Shown in pieces: positions 39,252 through 49,707 of a stretch of DNA of 64,000 nucleotides. The DNA is from an uncultured Armatimonadetes bacterium (GTDB taxonomy: Bacteria; Armatimonadota; Hebobacteria; Hebobacterales; Hebobacteraceae). The stretch lies in contig OY970296.1 in assembly GCA_963716175.1 (NCBI GenBank), forward strand, positions 3,520,001 to 3,584,000, given 5' to 3'. Under the pieces are notes generated by a model. The model was not told the DNA's origin, did not search any database, and worked only from the letters and a program-made list of their open reading frames with translations. Position 1 is the stretch's first letter, and every line of letters starts with the position of its first letter. The translations under genes and the position numbers were made by a program.

Positions 39252-40202
39252 TCAGAGACTGCCCCGTCGGACTTCCGCTCGGACGAAGGCATTGTAGGAG
39301 GAGTAGCCCGCAGACCGCTCTTCTATGACAGCCGCGCCGCACTTCTCTCTGTATCTGTCCACGCGGCCACGGAGCTCGTGGGGGAGGGGCCTATCGTCGC
39401 CCTGTGTGTTGGTCGTGTCTGTAGGGTCGCCATACATTGGGAACTCTCTTCGGACCTGCCGCATCGCTTCGTCTTGCGAGAGCCCTGTCTCCCGCAGGCT
39501 CTTGAAGACGGAATAGCGAAACACTTGCTCCGACCAAATCACCATCCGTCGCTGGAGGTCGTGCAGGTTCCACCACTCGGCGATGTCCTCGTCGGTGGCA
39601 CCCTCGTTCCAGGCTTTGCTTACGACGCCGAGCGCAACGGAATGCCCAGCCCGCGCGTCAAGGAGAACGAGGTCGCCGAATCCCGGTGCCAGGGCGGCCG
39701 TGCCTTCCTTCTCACCTTGTTTCTTGCACATCTTGAGGGCGCGCAGAACCTCCTTGTGGGCGGCATACTCGGACATGCCACAGTTGAGTGATAGCATCTC
39801 CGTGTAGAGCCGCGCCAGTTCGTTTTCGACATGTGGAGTGGAGCGCATAGCGCGCACCAAGGGTAGTGCCCCTCCCCAAACCGGTGCCGCGGCGAGAAGG
39901 AGCGCAACGCGAAGGGGGACTTCGCGCTGAGGCGACAGCCACAACGCAATGAGTGAAACAAGCACCTGGGCCAGGAACGCGCACCAGGTCACAAAGCGCT
40001 TTCGATTGGGTGCCCACCAGTGAACGAATGCGACGAACGTATAGCCATGCACGGTTTGCGCGAGCACGAGGGCTGATGTGAACTGCCGCAGAATCGCATG
40101 GGTCATCCAGAATGTGAGAGTGTGGGCGGCAAGCGTAGACAACAGCGCGAGGGGAAGGAGAAGCGTCCAGCGCACAAAGCTCCCTGCCCTCACGGCCTGC
40201 AC
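39252..40202 (-). CDS. Hypothetical protein (N-terminal TM helices, soluble C-terminal domain with a GDDRPLPHEL motif)
   Basis: Long ORF with protein-like composition; start uncertain. Confidence 0.55.
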   Translation of the reverse strand: MQAVRAGSFVRWTLLLPLALLSTLAAHTLTFWMTHAILRQFTSALVLAQTVHGYTFVAFVHWWAPNRKRFVTWCAFLAQVLVSLIALWLSPQREVPLRVALLLAAAPVWGGALPLVRAMRSTPHVENELARLYTEMLSLNCGMSEYAAHKEVLRALKMCKKQGEKEGTAALAPGFGDLVLLDARAGHSVALGVVSKAWNEGATDEDIAEWWNLHDLQRRMVIWSEQVFRYSVFKSLRETGLSQDEAMRQVRREFPMYGDPTDTTNTQGDDRPLPHELRGRVDRYREKCGAAVIEERSAGYSSYNAFVRAEVRRGSL

Positions 40203-40477
40203 ACCTTACACGGAGTCAGTCCGCGCGCTTCGGCTTCGGCGCGCGTCATGGGAATATCGGACTTCGAGAGCGAAGGGCAGCTGGCACGATGATACCGCTT
40301 CCCGGTAGCAGTGGCGTGGACTATGTCGGAAGCTGCCCCAGCGGGTGCCCGGGCGGACGAGGACGAGAGAGACGCCTTGGTCGCGGGGCTGTGCCGGGCG
40401 CCACGGCCGGCGGCGAACGCAAGAACCGCCACCACAACCACAACGGCGACAACCAAGGCCCAATGCTTCGACCTCAT
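40190..40477 (-). CDS. Small exported protein with an Ada-like/nuclease-associated metal-binding motif
   Basis: N-terminal hydrophobic anchor; 'TGKRYHRASC...AEARGLTPCKVCRP'. Confidence 0.75.
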   Translation of the reverse strand: MRSKHWALVVAVVVVVAVLAFAAGRGARHSPATKASLSSSSARAPAGAASDIVHATATGKRYHRASCPSLSKSDIPMTRAEAEARGLTPCKVCRP

Positions 40478-40720
40478 GCTATCCCTTCCTTACGCGACGC
40501 AACTGCAGTAAGCGGCTCAGCGTGGTGGCTCAGGAAGGGCCTTTGGGCGGTCGTTCGCCGCTGCCGGCGGACGGTCCTGCTGATGTTCGCGCTCGCGCGC
40601 CCGGTGCGGCCAGCGCTATCTTTCCGGGGGCTTGTCAGGAGCGGTGACAGGAACCGGCCGGCAAGAGCAGGAACCGCCTTCTTGGCATAGACCTGGCATT
40701 ACCCTGGGAGGGAATCAGCC

Positions 40721-41632
40721 ATGTTGACACGCGTTAGCGGCATCCTCGTGGGCTTCCTGGCGTTAGCAATGGTGACTGGCTGCTACCGAGGCCGGCCGGC
40801 CCCCAGCGCGGGCCGCAGGGAAGCGCAAGGGCCGGCCGGGCGGCAGACCATCCACCAGACCGGATCCACCACGATGCTGCCCATGGCAGAGAAGTGGCAC
40901 ACGGCCTTCAACATCGAGCACCCGGAGATCGAGATCGTGGTTTCCGGCGGCGGTACCGAAGCCGGCCTAAAGGCCTTGATCTCGGAAACGGCCGAGATCG
41001 CTGATTCCTCCCGCGAGCTCGAGCCCGCAGAGATCCAACAGGCGAAGGCGGCCCAGGTGTACCTGCTGGCCACAAAGGTGGCCAGGGATGGTGTCGTGGT
41101 CATCGTCAACCCAGCCAACCCGATGCGCGCAATCACTCTGGAGCTGCTGTCCGACATTTACTCGGGGAAGGTCAAGGACTGGGGCCAGGCCGGAGTGTCC
41201 GGCCTCGGCGCCATCGAGCTAGTGAGCCGGGACCCCGCCTCCGGCACCCGGAAACTGTTCAAGGATGTGGCGGTCACTCTCAAGGGTCGGGACAAGGGCC
41301 GCGACTATGCCCCGAAGGCGCTGGAGCAAACCTCGAGCGAGGCCGTGCTCACCCTGGTCAGCCAGAGCAAGAACGCCATCGGCTACGTGGGGCTGGGGTA
41401 TGTGAACAAGACCGTGCGGCCGCTCGACATCATCGTGGAGGAGGGACAGGAACCGATTCCTGCGTCGCCGGGCACGGTGCGCGATGGCACCTACCCTCTG
41501 GCCCGGGACCTTTACTGCGTCACCAATGGAGAGCCGACGGGCGCAGTGAGAACCTACCTGGACTGGGTTCAGGGGCCACGAGGCCAGGTGATTGTGGAGC
41601 AGACCGGCTACGTTCCCCTGATCGCGCCATGA
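40721..41632 (+). CDS. pstS: Phosphate ABC transporter substrate-binding lipoprotein (PstS family)
   Basis: Lipobox VTGC; GSTTMLP, GGGTEAG, ADSSR, SRDPASGT, AIGYVG, GTYPLAR. Confidence 0.85.
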   Translation: MLTRVSGILVGFLALAMVTGCYRGRPAPSAGRREAQGPAGRQTIHQTGSTTMLPMAEKWHTAFNIEHPEIEIVVSGGGTEAGLKALISETAEIADSSRELEPAEIQQAKAAQVYLLATKVARDGVVVIVNPANPMRAITLELLSDIYSGKVKDWGQAGVSGLGAIELVSRDPASGTRKLFKDVAVTLKGRDKGRDYAPKALEQTSSEAVLTLVSQSKNAIGYVGLGYVNKTVRPLDIIVEEGQEPIPASPGTVRDGTYPLARDLYCVTNGEPTGAVRTYLDWVQGPRGQVIVEQTGYVPLIAP

Positions 41633-41857
41633 GCGCGAGGCCATCTTAGCCTCACGCGGCCGCGGGTCGCCCGAGCGCTCTCCAGCCAAGCGCGCGTCGT
41701 CTCCCACCTACGGCCGCGGTCGGCAGCAGGCCTCCGGCCGCCGTTTGCCGACCGCGCGCACTGCCGGACCAGTCGAAGGGTTCGCGCGAGTGGCGATGAA
41801 AGGGGAAACAAGAGTCAGCGCGCGGTACCGCGCGCAGCCCAAGGAGGCAGTGGCAGC

Positions 41858-43171
41858 ATGACATCACAGCAAGATTCGGTCCCCTGCGGATTGCTGGAGG
41901 CGCGTTTCGTAGATATCTTCGGCCGGGTGAAGGCGATGGCCATTCCCCTGCAGCAGCCGTCGGCCGATCTGGCGCAAGTGGCGCGCGATCCTGCCGTGCT
42001 CAGAGGTATCAGCGTAGATGGATCCAGCGTCGCTGGCTACACTCAGGTGGAGGACTCGGACCTCCACCTGGCCCCGGATGTCAGCACCATCTTCCGAGTG
42101 CCGTATGACGGAAGGCGGGCCGCCGCCTATTGCGACATCTACCAGCGCGGGGAAGGGCCGCAGGGCGCGCCCGTTGCCGCCGATCCCCGGGGCCGCCTGA
42201 AGGCGGTGCTGACCGAGTGCCTGACGCCTCAGCAGCGAGTCGAGATCAAGCCCGAGTTGGAGTTCTTCCTGTTGCGCGGGGAGGCGCCGGCCGATGGCGG
42301 AGGATACCTGGACATCTACCCGAATGACGAGCTGGCCGAGCGCCTGAACGAGATCTTCTTCTCCTTACAGCAGATGGGCATCCCCCTGGAGCGAGTGCAC
42401 CACGAATGCGCGCCGGGGCAGGTTGAGGTGGAGGTGGACTACGCGCCCGTCGTCTCCCAGGCCGATCGGCTGGTGTCAGCGAAAGTCGCCATCCGGGCCC
42501 TTGCCCACCGCGCCGGATTGCGCGCCAACTTCATGCCCAAGCCGATGGCCGGCATCGCCGGCAGCGGGATGCACATTCACTTCCGCCTGCTCCAGGGCAA
42601 CCGGAACCTGTTGGGCGCGGAGGGTGGCCGGCTTTCCGATACTGGCCGCCACTTCGTCGCCGGATTGCTGCGGCATGCACCCGCGCTCACCGCGGTGTGC
42701 AATCCCTCGGTGAACTCCTACAAGCGACTGGTGCCAGGCCACGAGGCCCCGGTGTATATCTGCTGGGGATACCGCAACCGCTCTGCCCTGGTCCGCGTCC
42801 CTCTGGCCACCAGCCCCGAGAAGGTCGCGGTCGAGCTCCGCTCTCCCGATGCCACGGCCAACTTCTACTTCGCCATTGCCGCCATTCTCGCTGCCGGCAT
42901 GGAGGGCGTGCGCCGCCAGCTTGAGCCGCCCGACGAGCGCCCGGAGAACGTCTATCAGCTGACGGCCGCGCAGCTCAGGCGCCTGGGCGTGAAGCCTCTG
43001 CCCGCCACCCTGGGAGAAGCGCTCGCCGCGCTGGAACGAGACCCGGTGGTGCTGGAGGCGCTGGGGGCCGAGGTGGCGCCGCGCTTCCTCGCGCTTCACC
43101 GGCAGACCTGGGACCAGTACCTGCACGGGGTCGTGACCGACTGGGAGCGGCAGACCTACGCTGATTACTGA
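41858..43171 (+). CDS. Glutamine synthetase family (GSI-like / gamma-glutamyl ligase)
   Basis: DGSS, PELEFFL, HHECAPGQVE, FMPKP..GIAGSGMHIH, NSYKRLVPGHEAP, WGYRNRSALVRVP, ELRSPD. Confidence 0.9.
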   Translation: MTSQQDSVPCGLLEARFVDIFGRVKAMAIPLQQPSADLAQVARDPAVLRGISVDGSSVAGYTQVEDSDLHLAPDVSTIFRVPYDGRRAAAYCDIYQRGEGPQGAPVAADPRGRLKAVLTECLTPQQRVEIKPELEFFLLRGEAPADGGGYLDIYPNDELAERLNEIFFSLQQMGIPLERVHHECAPGQVEVEVDYAPVVSQADRLVSAKVAIRALAHRAGLRANFMPKPMAGIAGSGMHIHFRLLQGNRNLLGAEGGRLSDTGRHFVAGLLRHAPALTAVCNPSVNSYKRLVPGHEAPVYICWGYRNRSALVRVPLATSPEKVAVELRSPDATANFYFAIAAILAAGMEGVRRQLEPPDERPENVYQLTAAQLRRLGVKPLPATLGEALAALERDPVVLEALGAEVAPRFLALHRQTWDQYLHGVVTDWERQTYADY

Positions 43172-43181
43172 TGTAGACAGT

Positions 43182-43363
43182 GGGAGCCCGCAGAGAGGCT
43201 CCCCTACGAACTGCATTCAGATGTTGGGCAGGAGCTTCAGTCGCCTCTGGTGACTTGCCTCCTGCCCTTTCTGTGTCGCATGCTAGTCCGCAGAGGGGCT
43301 CGCCTGTGGGGTTCTGGGGCGGAGCGGCCGGCCGCTCGTAGGGGCGACTCTCAGCGGTCGCCC
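43182..43363. repeat. Inverted pair of GTAG-type REP-like palindromes
   Basis: Minus strand GTAGGGGAGCC-...-GGCTCCC (43182-43207) and plus strand GTAGGGGCGAC-...-GTCGCCC (43338-43363). Confidence 0.6.
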
Positions 43364-43482
43364 GACGGTGTCCTCACCCCTCAGACCGCCAGGCGATAAA
43401 TGCTCTGCGGGAGGAGATGCAGGCTCCCGGAACGAAGCAAGGGCCGGCGGAAGTGGATGCTGGGTGGGAGGAGGCTGCTGGC

Positions 43483-46159
43483 ATGAGTGCATTGTCTCAG
43501 ACCCCGCTCTTGCTGACCGCGGTTCTCCTGGTGCTGGCCGCAGGTGGAGCTTCTCTGATCCTGCTGCCCGGTCGGGGTGCGCGCAGAAGACGGCTCCGGG
43601 ACCTGGTGACACTGCTCCGCGCCGCCGACCCGAGCGTGCGCGTCCAAGCCCTGGAGAGAGCCCATTCCCTGGCGGCCAGGGACCGCCTCCTGCTCGGCGG
43701 CCTGCTCCGGCGCAATCTCGCTAGCTCCTCCAGGACCTCTGACCCAACGCAGCCCATGACCGTCTGGTTCATACGCCAGATCCTCGCCTTGCTCGTGGAC
43801 GCGCGAACCGCGGTCAGGAGCGATGCCGCCCGCGCGCTGCGCGCGATCATGCAGAGTGATAGCTCACAGCTGATGGACAGGGATGACCCGGCTGTGCTCT
43901 CCCCGGCAGTCGCGGGAGTGCTGGAGCTGGCCGGGGGCCGCGTGCTGGCCGCCAGCCGGGAGAGGCCTGACCAGACCCGGGTGCTCGCTTTCGCGGGAGA
44001 TGCTGGAGGCCGGCCTGCGGCCTCTCGCGCTCGGCCTGCGGGATGGCATCAAGACGGAGACGCTGGAACCCTTGACTGCGGCCCTGCGGGATCGCAGCCC
44101 CCGCGTGCGGCGCAGCCTCTATGAGGTGCTGGCGGCCTTGGGTGGAGAGAAGTCCACTGAGCTGCTGGTGATGGCGCTCCAGGACCCCAGTCCGGACCTC
44201 CGGGCCCAGGCCGCTCGTTCCCTGGGCAAGGCCAAGGCCGGATCAGCCGTGCCTCAGCTCACGCCTCTGCTGCGCGATCCGATTGGCGAGGTGCGGGCGG
44301 CCGCCGCCTCGGCGCTGGCCGAGGTCGGCCTGGCCAGCGCCTGCGCGTCCGTGATCGAGGCCCTCGCCGAGGAGTGCCGGAGAGGGGATAGTGCGGAGGC
44401 TGCTCGTGCCGCCATGACCGATGCCATCGCGCGGCTGGCGGATGGGGGCCGCCCCGAGCTAACGCAAGCGCTGACCAGCCTACCCAGGCCGGTGGCCTCC
44501 CGGCTGGCAGCCGCGCTGGAGCGGAACGGAGTAATAGAGCGCTGGCTCGCCGGCCGGGAAGCGAAGGAGCAAAGCGAGCTGCTTGCCGGCGCCGCCGAAC
44601 TGGGAGTCTCCCGGCCCTTCCTGGAGGCGCTCGACTCTGCCGAGCAATCAGTTCGCCTGCAGTCTGCCGCCGCCCTGGGGCATAGCCATGATCCTGCGGC
44701 ACTGACCGCGGTGGCGGCCCTGCTCGCCGATTCGGATGCCAAGGTGAGAGGAGAGGTGGTGAACTCGCTGGCGAGGTTAAGCGGGCCGCTGAGCCTGGGC
44801 CCGCTGGCCCGGGGGGCGTCGGACCCGGACTCCGGGGTGCGTCTGGCGGCGGTCGGGGGCCTGGGGCACGTGCTCTCCGAGCAGTCGGCCTGGAGAAGCG
44901 ATTCCCTGCCCGGCGATTTCGATCTGGCAGCCGCGCTCTCCCACTCGCAGCAATCGTTGCTGCTGGCAGCCAGAGATCCCGGGGAGGGGGTACGGGTGCA
45001 GGCGGCGCAGGCGCTTGCGGTCTTCAGTTCCGGGGAAGCGGCCTCGGCGCTGGTAGGATTGGCTTTGGGCGATGCCAGCCAGATGGTTCGCGAGACCGCG
45101 ACGCAGGCGGTGGCGCGGTGCGGATTCGCCCACATCCGACACCTGCTGGCCGCTGCGCTCGAGGATCAGGAGGAAAGCCAGCGAGTGCGCGCCATGGGAG
45201 TGCTGGGGGCGCTGGGAGGACCCGAGGCGGGACGGTATCTGGTTGAGGCCCTGCGTGATCCCGCAGCCCAGGTGAGGGAGGCGGCCCTTTCCGCCCTCTC
45301 CCACCATCCAGTGGACGCTCTTGCCGACCGGCTGGCACCGGAACTGAGGAACTCGGATCCGCGGGTGCGAGCCGGAGTAGCGGCCCTGCTGGGGGAGGCT
45401 GGCTCCGCTCAGTACGTTGATGCCCTGGCCCAGGCGCTCGCCGATCCGGACCAGGAGGTCCGAGTGAGCGCCCTGACTGCGCTGGCCCAGTTGGGGCGGC
45501 CAGTGCGCAGGTACGAGAGCGCGTTCAGCGCCAGGCTCAGCGATCCCAGCCCGCGGGTGCGGGAAACCGCGGCGGCCGCGCTGGAGGCGCTGCGGGAAGC
45601 CTGGACCGCCGCGCCCGAGGCCGCCGACTGGCTGCGGGCAGGCCCGCTATCGGCGGCGGGGGCGGCCGCGCTGGTGGAGGACGCGGTTGGCGGCGAGCTG
45701 GAGCCGCTCTTGCGAGCGCTGGACAATGCCCAGTCGGCCCGTTCCCTGGCCCTCTACCTTGCCGGCCTGGGCCGGGGAAAGCTAAACTCGCTGCTCTCCT
45801 CGCTGCGCCGGGCCGAAGGTCCGGCGCAGATGCGCGCGGTGGCTGCGCTCTCCCAGGCGCTTCGGCAGGCCGGAGCGGCTGATGGCTATCTGGCCGAACT
45901 GAAAGCGATAGACTCCGAGGTCCGGCTGATGGCAGTCGAGATGGCAGGCCTGCTGGCCACGCCGGAGGCGATTGGCGCGCTGCTGGAGGTATTGGAGCGG
46001 GATCCACTGCCGGAGGTGAGGAGCCGCGCGGCCTCCATGCTTGCCGAGACGCCGGGCGGAAGCGTTGAGGCGGCCCTGCTGCGCGCCCAGGCGGAGGATC
46101 CCAACGAAGTGGTCCGCCTGGTCGCAGCCCGAGTCCTGGGCCGGCTGCCCCAGGCCTGA
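43483..46159 (+). CDS. Membrane-anchored HEAT/PBS-lyase repeat protein (1-nt frameshift near 43996)
   Basis: N-terminal TM helix and many 'L.D....VR..AA.ALG' repeats. The frames join as ...VLAFA-EMLEAG...; there is an extra G in a GGG run. Confidence 0.8.
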
Positions 46160-46223
46160 AGCGCTCCTCTCCCACCGTGATTGACCTCCGGGGCCGGCTC
46201 GGCCCCGAACTGCGAGGCAGCCC

Positions 46224-46637
46224 ATGAGATTCGCCACCGACTATCTCTGGTTCAACACCAGCAAGCCCCGTGAGTATGTCAACATCACCGAGCAGGTCGC
46301 GCGGGTGGTGGAGGAGAGCGGGATTCGAGAAGGGATGGTGTTGGTCTCCGCCATGCACATCACCGCCGGGGTATACGTGAATGATGCGGAATCCGGGATC
46401 ATCCGCGATATTGACGAGTGGGCCAATCGCCTCGCGCCCAAGGGGCCCGATTACCACCACCACCGAACCGGTGAGGGCAACGGGGACGCACACCTGAAGA
46501 GCCTCCTGGTTCACCATCAGGTGGTCGTGCCCATCACCGCCGGCCGGCTCGACCTGGGCCCCTGGCAGCGGATCTACTACGCCGAGTTCGACGGTCAGCG
46601 GCGCAAGCGGGTCATCATCAAGGCCATGGGCGAGTGA
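46224..46637 (+). CDS. yjbQ: YjbQ/UPF0047 family protein
   Basis: [31 protein letters not shown]. Confidence 0.92.
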   Translation: MRFATDYLWFNTSKPREYVNITEQVARVVEESGIREGMVLVSAMHITAGVYVNDAESGIIRDIDEWANRLAPKGPDYHHHRTGEGNGDAHLKSLLVHHQVVVPITAGRLDLGPWQRIYYAEFDGQRRKRVIIKAMGE

Positions 46638-46667
46638 GGCGCAGCCGCGGGCGGCGAACGTATCGGC

Positions 46668-47432
46668 TCAGGCTGACGCAGCTCCGCCGGGCAGCAGACG
46701 GCCGCTCTGCACCACATAGGGGTGGGTGGCCTCGGCCGACTGCCACTGCTGGCTTCCCCCGGCGCCAGGGTCGTAGGCACACATCGCCATCACGCCGAGT
46801 GCCTGAAGCAGTCCAGTCGCCCGCCTCTCATATTCCCACCAGGCACCTGGCGGCATCTGTCGCACCAGCGCCCTGCGCGGCCAGCTGAAGGTCCGTGCCT
46901 TTCCCCCGGAGTGAGGGCGAATGGCCTGCTCGGTGCGTCTGAGCTGGCCGTCGGCCGTGAACTCGCCGGGCGGAAGGTAGCACTCGGAGGGGGAGATGAA
47001 GACCAGACTCGCTTGCACCAGCGCCCGATCGGGGCCGGGATCCAGTCGGGCGATAGCTCGGCGCAGCTGAGCTGACCAGCTTGGGGCAGCGATGCACTGG
47101 CAATGCTCACCGGCCTGGAGCCCGGCCGCGAGGAACCGCGCTGCCACTGCCAACGCTTCCTGGCTCGTCTCCGGGAGCAGACAGAGATGGCTTCCCTCGG
47201 GAACTTGGTCGGCGGAGAACCCCAAGTCCACCATCTTCGCCCACGCATCGGCCGGGTGAGCGCCGGATGCGGCAGGCGCAAGCTGCCAGTGCGCGTAGTA
47301 GCCGGTGCGGCCGTCCGGGAAGCTCACCGCCAGGAAGAGGCGGCCCACCTCTTTGACTGTGCCAGTAGCGCCGACAGGTATACCTGGCAGGGCCACCACC
47401 GTTCGCGCTCTATCGCCTACGCGCATCGCCAC
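46668..47432 (-). CDS. MEDS domain protein with a small N-terminal beta domain
   Basis: 'GSHLCLL...RFLAAGLQAGEHC...YL..GEF...WWEYE...AMCAYD...THPYV' follows the MEDS pattern. Confidence 0.7.
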   Translation of the reverse strand: MAMRVGDRARTVVALPGIPVGATGTVKEVGRLFLAVSFPDGRTGYYAHWQLAPAASGAHPADAWAKMVDLGFSADQVPEGSHLCLLPETSQEALAVAARFLAAGLQAGEHCQCIAAPSWSAQLRRAIARLDPGPDRALVQASLVFISPSECYLPPGEFTADGQLRRTEQAIRPHSGGKARTFSWPRRALVRQMPPGAWWEYERRATGLLQALGVMAMCAYDPGAGGSQQWQSAEATHPYVVQSGRLLPGGAASA

Positions 47433-47622
47433 TCCACTGCCGCCTGCTCGGATGCCGTCCCCCTACCTAGTTACTTCCACTTGTAGGTTCGCTGTGTCGC
47501 TGCAAGACCTTCACATGTTTGTTCACGGCTCGCGCCATTGCTCACAGTTCCCGATGTAAGCGCTAACGCGGCTCGATGGTGATTGCAGGGTCAAACGGCC
47601 GCCTGCCGAAACCCGCGGCACT

Positions 47623-48606
47623 GTGGCCGAATATCACTACTGCACCCATGCCGAGGTCCCCGACTGGGAGGCGCTGATCCGCGAGCTCTCGGCGTTAGAG
47701 GGACTGACTTTCTCCCACTATGATGGTGTCGTCCACGCCACGCCCAGCTTCCTGCAGTGGTACACCGCCCGGCCTGGCCTGAAGCCAGGCCTCTGCCAGG
47801 CCGCCTTTGCTGGGAACAAGCTGGTCTCCAACGTGTTCGTCACCCTGGCCCGGATGAGGCTGGGGGGCGGCCCCGTGATCTGTGGGCTGGTTGATACCGT
47901 GATGACTCACCCCGATCACCGCCGCAGAGGCCTCGCCACTGCGCTGCTCGAGCGCGCGCTGAGGGCGATGGAGTCGGAGGGCGCGGACCTCAGCCTGCTC
48001 TACACGGCGCGCGCGGAGGCAGTGCTTCCGCCCGAGCGGCTCTACCAGCGGCTGGGGTACGCGCCGCGAGAACTCGTGACCCGTCTGCTGAGGCCGGCCC
48101 GCCCGGCGGAAGGATCGCCCTCCGTGCTGATGCCTCCGGATGCAAGCGCCCGCCAAGTATTCGATCAGTCGCTGTCCGGGCACGACGGCTGGCTTCTGCT
48201 CGACGATGATCTCTGGAGGTGGCGCCGCCAGCAGCGGCCCCGCGAGTATCCGGTGGCATTGCTCAGGACTGCCTCCGGCGGCGCAGCTGCGCTCTGTACG
48301 GGTGAGCTGATCATGTCTGGCGCGCCACTTCCGGTAAGCGTGATCAGCGATCTCGTGCTGCCCGCGGGTGCTGCCGCTCGCGGCGCGTTGGATGCTCTGC
48401 TCGCCTGCGCGCCCGCGGAGGCGGCGATCACTGTGCTCTGCCCGCAATCTGAGGTGCAGAGAGAACGGCTTCTGCTGGAGGCCGGCTTTGCGCCCTCCGG
48501 TGTGGAGGTGGCCATGCTGCGGCCCATTAGCGAGCGGGGCCGGGCCGCGCTCCGCGCACCAGCCGCTCCCTGGTACGTGGCTGTCGAGTCCGTGATCGGG
48601 GTCTGA
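47623..48606 (+). CDS. GNAT family N-acetyltransferase
   Basis: 'VDTVMTHPDHRRRGLATALL' acetyl-CoA-binding motif A; 'LYQRLGY'. Confidence 0.85.
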   Translation: MAEYHYCTHAEVPDWEALIRELSALEGLTFSHYDGVVHATPSFLQWYTARPGLKPGLCQAAFAGNKLVSNVFVTLARMRLGGGPVICGLVDTVMTHPDHRRRGLATALLERALRAMESEGADLSLLYTARAEAVLPPERLYQRLGYAPRELVTRLLRPARPAEGSPSVLMPPDASARQVFDQSLSGHDGWLLLDDDLWRWRRQQRPREYPVALLRTASGGAAALCTGELIMSGAPLPVSVISDLVLPAGAAARGALDALLACAPAEAAITVLCPQSEVQRERLLLEAGFAPSGVEVAMLRPISERGRAALRAPAAPWYVAVESVIGV

Positions 48607-48718
48607 GCCGCAGTCCCCCAGAACGCCTTACCTGTCGTCAACCTCCCCGCCAGATCCTGGCCGTCTCCGCCCTGTCATAATCTGCCTCCCAAAGCTCGCC
48701 CCCCTTAGCTCCTGCCGC

Positions 48719-48746
48719 TAAAGTCTCTCCCGGCATCTGGCGATAT
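48719..48746 (+). promoter_or_regulatory. Putative sigma-28 (FliA/SigD/WhiG) promoter
   Basis: TAAA-16 nt-GGCGATAT versus the SigD consensus TAAA-N15/16-GCCGATAT (one mismatch), about 1 kb from a sigma-28 gene. Confidence 0.55.
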
Positions 48747-49148
48747 CTAGTGTGGTGGGCTCAAGCGTACCGGACAGACAGCAGAGGGCGTGCGCTTGCC
48801 CCCCTTCACCATGACCAGAACCTGCGCTGCGCTGACTACGCTTGCCGCGTTGCCGGAAGGGCTAGGGGCCCAGAGCCCTGGCCGCCTTCGCAGAGAACAT
48901 GCCCGCCCTGAGTTGGACGCTCGCTACCGCAGCGCCCCAGGGCGTCCGCTCGGGCGGGCACCAGCAGCGCTGGCGAGCTCAGTGGGCTCGCAAATCCGGC
49001 TTTTCGCAGCTCCGCCCTCTGGCCCGCATTCGACCCCGGTCGCTCCCGCACGGCCGGGCAGGATCGGGCCGCTTTTGCCTCCGCCCGCCCGGACCGGGAG
49101 CGCAAAGCTCCCGGTCCGGGCACTCCTTCTGCCTGATGGCCGCTTGCG

Positions 49149-49475
49149 ATGAAGCGGTTCCAGGGAACGGACAGGGAGGCGAGTGGCTCTGAGCGCGCGA
49201 GCTGGGATAGGTTCGTGGAGGAGGTGCGCTTGGCCCTGGACGCGGCGCGGGCAGCGGGGGATCGGAGCCGACCGAGGCTCGGGCGGCTGGCGAGCCGGGT
49301 CACGGCAGGGCACTACTGGGTTTCGGGTCTGGCCATTGCTGAGGCTGTGGTGCAGGAGCATCAGGGAGTGGGGGAGCCATTCGCGTCCTTTCGCCGGGAC
49401 GTCAGATCTACGTGCTGCCAATCTCATCCCCCTGGATCGGTGGTGTGCCTCGCGGAAGAGGGTGGGCAATGGTAG
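49149..49475 (+). CDS. Putative FlgM-like anti-sigma-28 factor
   Basis: 'RLGRLASRVTAGHYWVSGLAIAEAVV' resembles the FlgM C-terminal motif (RV..LK..I..G.Y.VD...IA..L); adjacent to a sigma-28 gene. Confidence 0.45.
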   Translation: MKRFQGTDREASGSERASWDRFVEEVRLALDAARAAGDRSRPRLGRLASRVTAGHYWVSGLAIAEAVVQEHQGVGEPFASFRRDVRSTCCQSHPPGSVVCLAEEGGQW

Positions 49476-49707
49476 CACCCCTGGGGTTCCTCCATTGCCA
49501 CTCCGCCCACCATCTGGTGGGTCTGGAGTGACTGACCCGCCGCCGGCCGGCGCCCGTCCCCCCGGTCGCGTCCGGTCGGCGGCCCGCGGGGCGCTCGACG
49601 GACCCCCGGTCCGCAGATTCCCGGGATTCCGCACACCGATGCGCAATCCCATCGCGAGCGCAAACGAGGGACTTCGGGGCGGCGAGTGCGTGGCCTTCTT
49701 GCGGTCG

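Noticed and set aside
48790-49152. 120-aa ORF upstream of the FlgM-like gene as a confident CDS
   Set aside because: It has a plausible RBS and an ATGA overlap, but the P/A/R-rich sequence has no motif. It is mentioned only within the sigma-28 finding.
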